A stretch of DNA of 64,000 nt from Felis catus (taxonomy: Eukaryota): contig NC_058368.1 in the NCBI RefSeq assembly GCF_018350175.1, positions 206,586,001-206,650,000 on the forward strand, written 5' to 3'. The first letter of the stretch is position 1. Every line of letters starts with the position of its first letter. A model generated the notes under the pieces. It had not been told where the DNA came from, ran no database searches, and saw nothing but the letters and a program-made list of their open reading frames with translations. The position numbers and the translations under genes are program-made. Of this stretch, positions 12,808-24,546 are shown one piece after another.

Positions 12808-13382
12808 TAGAGGTAGTATATAGGGTAGGAAAGATAAACTAGAATTTGGAATTCTGACAGCCCTAGGTTAGAATTTGTTTCATCACTTATGAGCTGCAGT
12901 TAGTCTGAGCAAGCTGTTGATACTCTCTGCTTCCCGTCACTATAAATCCCTCGAAGGCAGGGATTCTGTCTTTAAAACAGTGTTTTTTTATGATTATAGA
13001 TGTAAGTGATATCCATGGTAGAAATATGGAAGAACAAGTAGAAAATGAAAGTCACCGTTTATGCAAGTCCTATAGCCCTGAACATTTTGTGACACATCTT
13101 TCCAGATTTTTTTTTGTGGGTATATATTTAATCAAAATTGTTACTTAATGTCCATGTCCTTGTTCTTTTTAGCCCTTGTGCCTGGTATAAAGAGGAGTTT
13201 AGTTAAATGACTAAATAGCCTTGAGCTTCTTAGTCTTCAGATCCATCCCAGAAAAAATGAGAATAAAAACAGCAACTATAGTGTTGGAGTTCTGAGGGTT
13301 GAATGAGACGCTGGATGTGTAGGGCTCATTCACTGGTATACAACAGACACTCTGTAATTCAAAACTGTTATTGCTATTATTT
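12808..13382 (+). mobile_element. MIR split by old L2/L1M-like fragments
   Basis: MIR 5' half (ctaggttagaat...cacttatgagctg) and 3' half (ttctgagggttgaatgagac...ctgttattg) separated by about 280 bp of other old repeat. Confidence 0.55.
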
Positions 13383-13934
13383 TAGTTCTCATTGAAAAGA
13401 GAGAGATACACTAAATAGTTTGGTTCAGAGGATTTGAAACCATTCATAATGACCTTTCCTTACAGTTTGGAGACAGTAAATCTAGTATGAAGTGTTTATA
13501 ATTCTAGAGCATGGGAATGTGCTATGAAGCCTAGTCCAGAAATGGCACTGTATTGGCAAAACCTGTCACTGAAGTCAGGGGTATGAAAGAACAGAGTTGG
13601 TTGCAGAGTGTTCTGCTCTGAGTGTGGTGACTTTTATCTTAAGCTGTTTCTTGAATAAGATACAACTTGGCCTCTAATACCAGCAGGTTCTTGACTCAAA
13701 CTCCGTGGTGTTAAGGATCTCAAGGCTTCTTTCTTTCTTGTAGGTTTCTTCATATAAACCTGTTGTGGACCTGGATTGAGTATAGGAAATGCCTTTAGTG
13801 GAGCCATAGGCAAGGATTCTCCAGGTTCCTTGAGCCTCACTCACTGGAGGTACTAGTAGGATTAGAGTTGTAGGTGGGCAGCTACCTTGCAGAATGCTGT
13901 AGAGGAAGAAGGATCTCAGAAATCAACCAACCCA

Positions 13935-14193
13935 GGGGCACCTTGGTGGCTCGGTCGGTTAAGGGTCTGACTCTTGATTTCAGCTCGGGTCATGACCTCA
14001 TAGTTCGTGGGATTGAGCCCTGTGTCTGGCTCTGTGCAGACAAAACAGAGCCTGCTTAGGATTCTCTGTCTTCCTCTCTCTCTCTCTCTCTCTCAATCTG
14101 TCTCTCTCTCTGCCCCTTCCCCACTTGTGTGCGCATGCATGCTCTATCTCAAAATAAACTTAAAAAAATTTTTTTAATTAAAAAAAAAAAAAA
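13935..14193 (+). mobile_element. Can-SINE
   Basis: SINEC head, CT tract and tail; TSD agaaatcaacca(a/c)ccca. Confidence 0.95.
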
Positions 14194-14468
14194 AGAAATC
14201 AACCACCCCAGTAGCTGTTTTACACACAGTGAACTAAGGCCAGAAGAGATTATGTGAACTTCTCAAGGCCGCGCAACAAACTGGTGACACAACCAGACTT
14301 AGAACCAAAAGGTTCCTGTGAAGCAGCAAAATGTAGAAGAAAGAACACAGGTTGGAGTCAGGCTGCTTTAGTTTGAATCCCGGTTCTGCCACTTAGAGGT
14401 ATATTTAGAGGACACTAAATCTCTCTGAACTTCGTTTTCATCTGTAAATCCAGAATGAAATATGTAGT

Positions 14469-15485
14469 TGTGTTAGTGTCCTATGGCTGCCATAACAAGT
14501 TATCATAAACTTGATGCCATAAAACCAAAGAAATGGATTGTCTCACAATTCTGGGAGCCAGAAGTCCAAACCAAGGTGTTTTGGGGGACCATGCTGTCTT
14601 TGAAGGCTCTAGGGAAAGATCCTTCCTTGCTTCCTCACAACTTCTGGCGGTTGCTGGCAGTCCGTGGGTTTCCCTGGCATACAGCAGCATCACTGTTGTC
14701 TCTGTCTGTATTGTCACATGTTTTTCCCGAAGTGTGTTGGTCTGTTTCTGTGTCTTCACGTGGCCTTTCCATAAGGACGTTAGTCATTGGATTTGGGGTT
14801 CACTCTAATCCAGTATGGCCTGATTTTATTTATTTATGTATTTATTTATTTATTTTTTTAAGCACTTGTCAGTATTTAATGAACCTCTCTTCATGTGGCT
14901 TCAAGCTACCAGGACACAGACTCCTCCCACACCCTTAATCTTCTCCTCAGCTCTTCTACTGAAGAATTTGGCCTTCCCCATGACAGGCTGTTTGGGGCGT
15001 TTCCCTTTCCCAAAACTTTGTCGTAGCCGGATCGCACCACATCGCTGATAGGAGCAGCTCCCGTCTTGTTTTTGGCAGCCTTTTCCTGTGACTGCTCACT
15101 GACCAAGGTCCGCAGTTTATTGAGGCTGACAGTTGGGCAGAAGCCCTGGTTCCTTTTTATGTGGTAATGCCTCACACCAGCTTTTCTGAAGTAACCTGGC
15201 TGGTATTTGTCAAAGTTGACCCTGTGGGGATGCATGCCACCGGCATGACCCGGCCTCCTGGGTGCTTCCGGTGCTTGCGGACATGGCCGTGTCCGTGGCG
15301 CACGTGGCCCCGAAGTTTCCGGGTCTTCCTCAGTCTGGATGGCCTGTTGGCAGCCCGGAGGAGAGAGCCAGTACGGCCTGATCTTAACTAATTACAACTG
15401 CAAAGACGCTATTTGCAAACAAGGTCACGTTCTGAACTTCTGGGTGGACAAGAAGTTTTGGAGGGATGCTATTTAACCCAGCACA
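14469..15485 (-). mobile_element. MaLR solo LTR (MLT1B/C-like), interrupted by the RPL27A retrocopy
   Basis: Starts tgtgttagtgtcctatggctgccataaca, ends tttaacccagcaca; TG...CA termini; 5-bp TSD gtagt/gtagg; consensus resumes after the pseudogene. Confidence 0.88.
14825..15367 (-). pseudogene. RPL27A: Full-length processed pseudogene of 60S ribosomal protein L27a (uL15)
   Basis: Minus strand reads [14 protein letters not shown]...KHRKHPGGR...NFDKY.PGYF...KRNQ.FCPTV...[24 protein letters not shown]...[23 protein letters not shown]. Intronless, pyrimidine-rich 5' end, ATTAAA, decayed A tail, 15-bp TSD ccagta(t/c)ggcctgat (14810-14824, 15368-15382). Start codon ATG mutated to AGG (15343-15345); two 1-bp frameshifts; stop at 14901-14903. 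Confidence 0.98.
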
Positions 15486-16019
15486 GTAGGGTACAGCACT
15501 GTTGCCTGGATGAAATCACGTATTGTCTACGAAGTATCTAGCGTGGTTGCTGGTCCATGTTAGTTCACATGGTAGGTAGCTCGACAACTGTTGGTTCTCT
15601 GCCTTTCTTTCCAGCCCCCACCCCCGTGGCCACTTGGCCGTTGCAGAACTCCAGGCACTGAACTCACTCTGTTTCCACAGTCTGCGTCTCCCTCTTTCTG
15701 CAGTTATTCTGGTATGTTCCCAGCCTTCTTCACTGGCCGGTTGTAATTGTTTTGGATACCAGTTCTTTTATTGAGATTCTGTTCATTTGCAGCTTTCCTA
15801 GTTCTAGTTTTCAAGGAGCTTTACTGTAAATATAGTTGGATCAAAAACAACAAAGGGCTGCAGAGCACAGTTATCGGCAAAAGGACTGCTTTTTATTTAA
15901 TTAGCAAAAACAAAGAAGTACATCCAGTTTTGACAAGGATACTGTGAAAAAGTAAACTAATAATACCTTTGTTGGGGCTCTTAAAACTGTTACACCTTTT
16001 CCAAAAATCAATAAAAATA

Positions 16020-16154
16020 ATATACTTTTGCTTTATTAATCTCAGAACTGGGAATCTGTCCTAAGGTAATAATTCAAAATACAGAAAACACCACAAATAT
16101 TCATCAAAACATGATTTATGCTAGCAAGACTTAAATTTTTTTAAGTTTATTTAT

Positions 16155-16201
<47 letters not shown>

Positions 16202-16620
16202 ACAAGTAGGGGAGGGGCAGAGAGAGAGAGAGAGAGAGAGATTCCAAAGCAGGCTCTGCACTGTCAGCATGGAGCCCAGTGTGGGTCTTGAACTCATGAG
16301 ATCATGACCTGAGCTAAAACCCAGAGTTGGGTGCTTAACCAACTGAGCCACCCAGGTGCCCTGATAGTAAGACTTTAGAAACAATGTAAGTGCCTAACAA
16401 TAAGGATAGTTTAGGTAAACTGTGGTTTGTCCATTTGAGAGAACATTATACAACTATTTAAATATAAATATGAAAAATATGGCTTATTTTTTAAGTGAGA
16501 AAAGATAATTACAAATAGATTCATATGTGATTGTGATAAGTGTATGGGGTAATGTCAAAATGAGTAATTTTTTTCTATGTTATAAATTTTCTATAATTTG
16601 AAAATATTTTTGTATAATTT
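16020..16620 (+). mobile_element. Ancient L1M (L1ME-like) 3' fragment interrupted by a SINE
   Basis: ctgggaatctgtcctaagg...gaaacaatgtaagtgcctaacaataaggatagtttaggtaaactgtgg resembles the old L1 ORF2 end. Confidence 0.55.
16133..16361 (-). mobile_element. Can-SINE
   Basis: Reverse SINEC with long (GA)n; TSD tg(c/a)tag(c/t)aagactt. Confidence 0.95.
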
Positions 16621-17414
16621 TAAGTAAGACAGCAATAATGTAAGGACATAATCCATACAGTTGGGTGACTTGGTAGATATCCCATTTCATCTTTTGGGTG
16701 CTAGAGGCTGTGATGCTTAGAGCACTGCTGTTGGCATTAGGTGGAAGCAAGTGTCATTTCTCAAACAGATTAGGACAAACCAGTGTTGTGGGAGCAGTTG
16801 CCAGTCAGGGGATTCCTACCTGCATGACCAGTAAACTGGACTCATGAGTTATGGGGCCAGTGACTCACCCCTGACCATAGACAAGCAGCCCCATGAAGAG
16901 CTCAAGTAGATGGATGCTAATATCACTTGCCTCGAGAAAAATCTAAAAAGTCAAAACAAAGATGTGACAACAAAAAAAATTGCAAAGGTTTGTTGGTGTG
17001 ATTTACATTTTATTTTTGCTTCTGGTGAATACATAATAATCCTCCCCTCCCCCAACAAGTGAGAAAAAAATGAAGAATATTATTGAGATACATAAGTTCG
17101 TAGGTTACTTTGGACTGTGAATACAAGTTTAATACAGATGATAAAGCTTTAATAATTTATCTTTTTGATATTGGTAAAGTCAAAGAATTCATAACTCCTT
17201 GGCTCAATTATATTTACTCATGTTATTAGTTATTTCTAGTCATTTATTTGGGAAATATTTATTGATTCTTATCACAGTCTTAGACTTGGTTATATCTCAT
17301 GTTAATTTTCTGAATTTCTGTTTATTAGTTTACTATTATGATAATTTTAAAGTACTTCAAAAATAAGGAAAACATACATCACTAAGTTTCAATTCCATTA
17401 TATGTTCTCAAAGA

Positions 17415-17580
17415 AGTGGTTCTCAAATTTAATGGGTGCAGGAATCACCAGTGATGATAGTTAAAAATGCAGTTTTCCGGGCATTAACCTCAGAGGCTAG
17501 AGAGGAGTCTGGACGTCTTTGAAAGGAGGAAAGCAGAGGGTGCTGCCGCAGGTGGGCTCCCACTCACGCTTTCCAAAAGT
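17415..17580. mobile_element. hAT-Charlie MER5-like fragment
   Basis: agtggttctcaaa...gcaggaatcacc...aaaaatgcag. Confidence 0.55.
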
Positions 17581-18784
17581 GAAAAGTTAGCCACATGAAA
17601 CCATGTGCCCCCAAATATTTTCCTTTAATATTTGAGGTTGAACATTAATTATCACCGTAAAAAAAAAACAACAATAAAGATGAAAAGTGTTAAAACTTGG
17701 CATTGTTTTCCAAAACATGAGTTTTCTTTTCCTTTTTTGGAGGTATGTAAGGAAAGCTCATCACCACGCTGTGAATGATGTCAACTCCTCTGTTCCTAGC
17801 ACATTTTTGACACGTCACCCTTTTATTTCACAACAAACATGCTGAGGCAATGTTCCTTTTGTTTTAAGAGCTGACGATTGTCAGTTAATTATATCATGTG
17901 CTGAAGGAAAATTAATAAGGAATACATTCAACTGCAACTTGCATTTTCAGTATTATTGTCACAAATGAGTGCATTTCAGACACTCTAATATTAGAATCTA
18001 GATTCTCATAATGCAGTGTCTACTGTGAAAACCACGTGTAATTGTGTTCTTAACACTCATTCATCCAGTGGTGTCTGAGCTATGAGGTAATAGTGCTTTT
18101 CTCTGTTAATAAGTCACTTTCCAGTATGCGAGGTCTTTCTGTTTCCCTTCCTTGAGAAAGCAGATGGGTGATTTATTTTTTAAAAAATCTTACAAGAGAA
18201 TGGTATAGAAGCCAGTTAAGCCTCGCCTTTTTCCAGAGTTGTCTTTACCTGCAGAATTATCTAGCATAATAAAATGAGGGTAGCTTCTAAATTAAAGATT
18301 GCTAAGGCAATGTTTCTTAAACTTTGTTTGCATAAGAACAATATACCATATATAATATTTTTATTAATATTCAGATTTATGGGCCTCCATTCCAATTTAT
18401 TAAATCTCAAATGAGGACTGAGAATTTACATTTTAAAATACATCCCCGTTTGTTAAACACTGATAGACTGCCTTATATACTTCGAGGAATTTCTCCCCTT
18501 GGGAATTTTGTAAAATAACTTAGGAGAGGTAATTATGAGTGACCTATGCTTTGAAACTTTTGGAGGAACTTATTTTAAACCTTAATTAAGGGGAGTTTAG
18601 CAGCTTAAAAGAAGCATTGAGAAGTTTTCCAAACATGGATTTTATATTTGGATGGCTATTGGGAATAAGTACACCATTGTATTTCTTTTCGGAAAGCCAT
18701 GGCCTTTGGCAAGGCCAGAAGTTATTAGGATTTCCAAAACCCTGACAGTGAGAGAACCAAAGGAGTAACAAAGTGTGACAGTGA

Positions 18785-19020
18785 TGGATGGCCCTATGCC
18801 AGGCAGTGCTCTAAGCATCTTGTATGTATTAATGAGTTAACCTGACAAGTATCCTACAAAGTAGATATTATTATTTTACTCATCTTGTAAATGGGAAACA
18901 GAGGTAGTGAGAAGTGAGTTAGTTTGTCCCCTTCTGTAGCTTGTGAGAAACAGATCCCAGGTTGTTCTGAACTTGAGCATTCTGAAGTGAGGTCTGGGCC
19001 TCCACTACTGCACTATGCCA
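18785..19020 (-). mobile_element. MIR
   Basis: ctatgccaggcagtgctctaagcat...catcttgtaaatgggaaacagagg. Confidence 0.75.
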
Positions 19021-19666
19021 CTGATGAAGGGCTGGTTCTCTGGGAAACTCATTTACCTTTCAACCAAATAAGGGGCTTTTTATATTAAGATGAGTATCTA
19101 CAAAGGCAAAGCAATGACCTACATGCCACTTAGAGCTTTTTGATCTACACTTCCTAAGATTTCTGGAGAAGGCCAACATGAGAGAAAAATAAAAGTAATA
19201 GCAAAGGCATTTACTTCAGTATTTGCTTGAACATTTGCTCTCAGAAGTAATAACTATTATCTTTTCAATTATATGAGTAGAGTCTTAGAGTCTTCTCTTT
19301 AGAGTCTTAAGAGTCTACAGAAAATTTAGGGATCATTTGGCTCAACAATAAGTATTTCTTCAATGAATGAATGAAAAGTTGGGCCCATTTTGCACATCTA
19401 CAAGGATGTTCTGCAGGCTGATCAGTGTAACAATTTGCATAAGCATCATTAGAATTATGAGGGGAACTTTAGAGGTCAGTCAAATCTAGAAGGAAAAAGC
19501 AGTGTAGATGTGGTCCCATGTCAACCTCCAGGAAGGGTACATTGGGAGGACTAGAACCCCATGTTCAAGTGGGATGAACTGTGTGCCTAGGCTTCACCCT
19601 GAGAATCTAGAATGAATGCAGGATGGCTACCCAAGTAGGGTAGACTTGCTTTGTACTAATGGTTTC

Positions 19667-20181
19667 TGTATTAGTTTTCTATTGCTGCTGTAATAAGTTA
19701 CCACATACTTAGTGGCTTGAAACAACACAGTCTATAATCTTACAACTCTGTGCATTGGAAGTCTGATGCAGACCTCACTGACCTATAATCAAAGTGTCAG
19801 CAATGCTGTGTTCCTTTGTGGAGGTTCTAGGGGAGAATCTTCTTTGTTTTTCCTGCTTTCCAGGTCCATGTACCTTGGCTTGCAACTCTCTCCATTTCCA
19901 AAGCCAGTAATGGCAGGTTGAGTTGTTTTCACATTATATCACTCTGATTTCCTCTTCTATACCTCTCTTCCACTTTTAGGAACCTTTCTGATTATGTTGG
20001 GCCCACTCAGATAATGGAGGGTGATTTTCCTTTTTAAAGGTGAGCTCATTAGCAACTTTAATTCCACCTGTAACCTTAAATTCCTCTTTGCCATGTAACC
20101 CAACATATTCACAGGATCTAAGGAGTAGGGTGTGGACATGAGCATGGATGTTCTGGGGAGATCTTTATTCTGCCTACCACA
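19667..20181 (-). mobile_element. MaLR solo LTR (MLT1D-like)
   Basis: tgtattagttttctattgctgctgtaataagttaccac ... attctgcctaccaca; TG...CA termini; TSD g(t/c)ttc. Confidence 0.9.
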
Positions 20182-20813
20182 GCTTCCTAAAGAGTAAGGC
20201 AATTAGAGGCAAGGAACATGTTCTAGGATGTAGGGCTCAGTCATCCAAGACTGGATGCCTGACTAAAACGGAAAGCTGCCTGCTCCTGTTCTTGGCAGTT
20301 GCAGATTCTGGCAGATGCTGGTAGAGAAACTGTGAGCTGGTTGGCAGAATGAAGATGGAGAGACCATATCATATCTGGAAGGTCTGAAAGAGTCTTATTG
20401 GCTGAGAACTCCTCACCTTCTGTGCGCTGACTTCATTGAGTTTGTCCTAATGTTTTTAGAGAAAGAAGGTACTAAGGATTTTTCTCTTAGTAGGAGGACA
20501 AGCCAAGTCCTTTACCAGCTCAAGCATAGAAAGGCAGGTAGGAAGGAATACATGTAGAGTTGGAATCCTAGGTAAAAGAGGTAGAAACATGAGCCAAATA
20601 TACCTACCTTTCCTCTGTCCCTCCTTCCCCTCACTCTCTCCTTACTTTCTTCCTTCTTTCTTTCTAGTTTTCAAATTTGTGCTGTCAGTGTGTTTGGGGA
20701 AGGTATTATGAACATAAACACCGCTGTTATCTAAACAGGTTATGTGTCCACAGGGTCAAAATCAGGCTCATTGTAATGAAACAGGACTAATAATAAAAGC
20801 AAAATTTCATCCA

Positions 20814-21000
20814 TTTTTTTTTTTTTTTTGAGAGAGCGAGCGGGAGAGGGGCAGAGGCAGAGGGAGAGAGAGAGAATCTTAAGCAGGCTCTACACCCAGC
20901 ATTGAGCCCACTGCGGGGTTCAAACTTATGACCACGAGATCATGACCTGAGCCGAAATCAGTAGTTGGATGCTTAACTGACTGAGTCACCCAGGTGCCCC
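20814..21000 (-). mobile_element. Can-SINE
   Basis: Reverse SINEC; short TSD tcatcc. Confidence 0.95.
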
Positions 21001-21780
21001 TCATCCTCATTTTTAAACTTTTATTTTATCTTACCAATAAGAGCTAAAGCATTAAGTGAAAAATAGCATGGTTTGCAGAGTGAGGGAGATATTACAGAAT
21101 CTAGCTTAAAAAAAATGATACAGTTGAGTGTTGGAGACCTTTGTTTTTGTAAGTTAAGCTAAGTGGAAGTGGTAGATTTGGACCCAAGAGAGGAATCATG
21201 TGACCTCCTAAATGAGAAGAAACCCACAAGTCATTAGTCATCTAGTTGATATTATTTTAATCACACAAAACGCTGCCTGTACATCATTACAGGACTTTCC
21301 ATTTGTTCTCCAAAGCAGACTAGACCTCTCTTAGGTTGGTTTATGTGCTTACCTAATTCCTGTTGTTTGGGTGACTGCATGGACAGGATGATCGAAACAG
21401 TTAGGGACTTGCCTGACACAAAGCCATAAGCTATTGGAAAAAGTGCTTTGAACAGAGGCATCATGGGCCCCATGGGGGGAAGAGGAAGCCACAAAGAGCA
21501 TCAGAACATGAAAATATAGGTCACATCTGCCATCCTGGGCATAGAGTGCACACCTTTTTTGCCACCAAGAGCATGGGCAGGAGGCAGGAAGGATATGCAT
21601 TAGAAGATACATTATTGTTGACTACAAAGGGTAGAAATTTTTGTGTCTTTGACTTCTTTTTTTTCTCCCAATAGAGGTAGCTCTCTTGTCTCTCTATGGG
21701 GACTGGGTGGAGGGGTGCTGGTGGCAGGGAGGCTGACAACAGACTTCCTCTGGAGAACCACTGCTTAGATTTTTCAATAG

Positions 21781-21996
21781 TTTTTTTTTTTTTTTAAGTT
21801 TTGAGAGAGAGAGTGCATGTGTGCATGCACAAGCTGGGGAGGGGCAGAGAGAGATGGAGAGAGAAAGAATCCCAAGCAGGCTCCACATTGTCATCGCAGA
21901 GCCCAATGCAGGGCTTGAACTCATGAACCGTAAGATCATGACCTGAGTCGAAATCAAGAGTCAAGTGTTTGACTGACTGAGCCACCCCAGCACCCC
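21781..21996 (-). mobile_element. Can-SINE
   Basis: Reverse SINEC; TSD tcaatagtttt. Confidence 0.95.
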
Positions 21997-22589
21997 TCAA
22001 TAGTTTTGAAGTCTCTGTATAAAAACAAAACAAAAACAAAACTTTAGTATGCAAAGCATGGAACCTTTAGCAACTCTCTTGGCAAAATGAGCTTATTTGA
22101 GCATAAAGTGGAATATGGCACAATTGGAGGAAAAGTGAGCAGCCACCTGATGAAAATAAACAAATAGCCATTCAACAGCAAGAATGTCTTCTTAAATTCA
22201 CTTCTTTGTTTATCTCTGTACTTCCAATTTGCCAGGTTCCAGGTGTCTTAAGTATGTTCCAAGAGGAGCTTTACCTAAGGACACTCAGTGTTTACAAAGC
22301 AGGGAGATTTTTCTTGAATATTGGCACTCTGTCTTTCCCCCCAGAGTCCCACTTCTGCTATTTGAGTGCTTTTTGCTTAACAGTCATGCAACCTCAGGCT
22401 GCCTTGGCTCATGTGCCTTCCAACTCCAACTCTACATTTCCTTCCCTCCTAGGCTGACTTGCCCTTCCTCTGAGTCTTTGATGCTCCCCCAGAGCTCCTC
22501 CCTGGTAAATCATCTAAGCTTTGCAGACTCGTGCCTGGATGTAGAGAAGAAATCCAAAATAGACATCCAAAATAGACTCCGATGGGTCA

Positions 22590-22890
22590 CAGGATGGTGA
22601 TGGCTGTAAGGAGGGGGCTCTGCTGGGCTGCTTTCCATCTTCATGTCTTCCCAGGACCTCTCCACTGAAGAGTTAGACTTCTAACATGGCAGCTCAGCAC
22701 TTCTAGAGACTGAAGTGAAAACTGCCAGTTCTCTTAGAGTCAGGGCCTGGTGCTCACAGAGTGTCATTCCTGCCACATTCTATTCATCAAGCAGTTGCCA
22801 GCCAGCCCAGATTGAAGGGGAAGGGAAAGAGACCCCATCTCTTGAAGGAAAGAGTATCAAAGAATTTCTGGCCCTTCTTAATCTGCCATA
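22590..22890 (-). mobile_element. MaLR LTR fragment (MLT1G/H-like)
   Basis: acttctaacatggcagctcag...gtgtcattcctgccacattctattcatcaagcag...ccagcccagattgaagggga. Confidence 0.7.
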
Positions 22891-23293
22891 GGCTGCTTCT
22901 AGTTTGGTTTTTAACTTTATTAATTCCAGTTGTATTAACTGTATTAATTCCAGTCCTAGTTGTACCCCTAGTCCTCCTAACACATGATCTTTTTTCAGCT
23001 GTCTTTTAAGCTCTTATCTACAAGCTCTAAAACTCAGTTGTCTAGGCAAGGAGAAGACCATCTCACCAGCCAGGTGATGCAGAGCTATGAGGGATTGGTT
23101 GATGTACACTGAATGTTCTTAGGAAAGTGATTCAGTCCCAAAATAGTTCACCCACCTCCTAAAATACTTATGATAAGAGCTAGAATGTCTGCAGGCTCAG
23201 TATGGACTCCAGCTGCTTGGGAGTGAAGTCCTAAGCTGTACTCCTATATACTTAATGATATGTTACATAATATAGTTTAGAAGATATGCTAGT

Positions 23294-23318
23294 TTCTTCC
23301 TTCCTCCCTCCCACCCTC

Positions 23319-23377
<59 letters not shown>

Positions 23378-23462
23378 TTGTTCTTTCTTTTGTTCTTCGT
23401 TCTTTCATTCTTTTCCCTCTCTCCCTCCCTCCATTCCTTTCTTCCTCCCCCTCCCCACCCCT
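23294..23462. repeat. (TTTC)n / CT-rich tract
   Basis: Direct reading. Confidence 0.95.
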
Positions 23463-24507
23463 CAATTCACTGGAAAGAAAAAATCAGTGCTGCCTCTCAC
23501 TGATAGAAATCAGTAGCAAGCCAAGATAATGTCAGTTCAGAGCCTGGTTTTTCTCCTCTCTGCCATCTTCCATCTGTGCACTGTATTGCTAGGGTGCTGC
23601 TCCTTTTTGCTCTAAAGAAATAAGGTCTGGTTCTCTAAAGATGACTTTGTTTAGGCTAATTCTCTGACTCAAAGATTAGAAATCAGAGGGATGTAACCAT
23701 TCAAAATGATGTCTTCTGTATATGACTGTATATGGGGGTGAACAATGTCAGTAAGGGAGGATTTGCTTGGCTTGCACTATAGAGTTTTTGAGAGAAAATC
23801 CTGTTGCTTATAACATGCAAAAATGCATATGATAAACATGCAAGATATAAATATTTACATACATCAAAATTTTATGGAGATGGAAGGCATTTCAAACAGT
23901 TCTATTTCTCTGTGAGAGCAATCCATCTGCTGTATGTTTTTGACCTGTGAGATCAGCAAGGTTATAGCCTTTTGTGGGTTCACTTGCTGAAGGAGAATTC
24001 CCTCTGCCCTGGGTCTGGGGAGCTACCTGTTCATTCTTTTTCTGGAAGCTCTAGGCAACCCCTCCACCCCTGTGCCCCACCCCCAGAGCAGTTGCTTTCT
24101 CTATGTGCCATGTGAGATATTTGTTTTCCCCTTTGGTAGCTGATGGCTGGGAGTCTCATTGCACATTTCCTCTGGCGGTAGGACTCTTAGCAAACCGAGT
24201 GCTGTGGTTTGCACCGAGAACCTGAGCATGTTGCCGCTGTGCACGACAGGCACTAGCAACTTCCTTCTTCCTTAAAAGGCACATAAGGTTGTGGGGCTTG
24301 ATAGTACATTTTCTGTGGGCGATGACAAACCCTTGAAGTTTTCACACAGAGAACAGAAAGGGCTTCTCTTGGTGATAAAACTAGAATCATACACATCTTT
24401 TCCTTTTCTCTGTGGCACAGATCTGGAAGACAGGGAACGCTTCATGACAAGCCATAACTCGAAATTAAGGAAACTGGTCTGTGGTTCTGCTCTTTGTCAT
24501 TGTTGGT

Positions 24508-24544
<37 letters not shown>
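24508..24544. repeat. (GT)n microsatellite
   Basis: Direct reading. Confidence 0.97.

Positions 24545-24546
<2 letters not shown>

Larger units (their letters stand above)
14322..15582 (+). mobile_element. MIR, split by an MLT1 insertion (5' part 14322-14468, 3' part about 15490-15582)
   Basis: ggagtcaggctgctttagtttgaatcccggttctgccactta...ttttcatctgtaaa on the left; degenerate MIR 3' end on the right. Confidence 0.65.

Noticed and set aside
14906..15235. 109-aa ORF as a functional RPL27A retrogene
   Set aside because: The true start codon is mutated, there are two frameshifts, and many conserved residues are changed.
19279..19316. Short local repeats (agagtctt x4; also about 22918, 27304, 35467, 39955, 51912)
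   Set aside because: Ordinary slippage micro-duplications of 8-16 bp with no higher-order structure.
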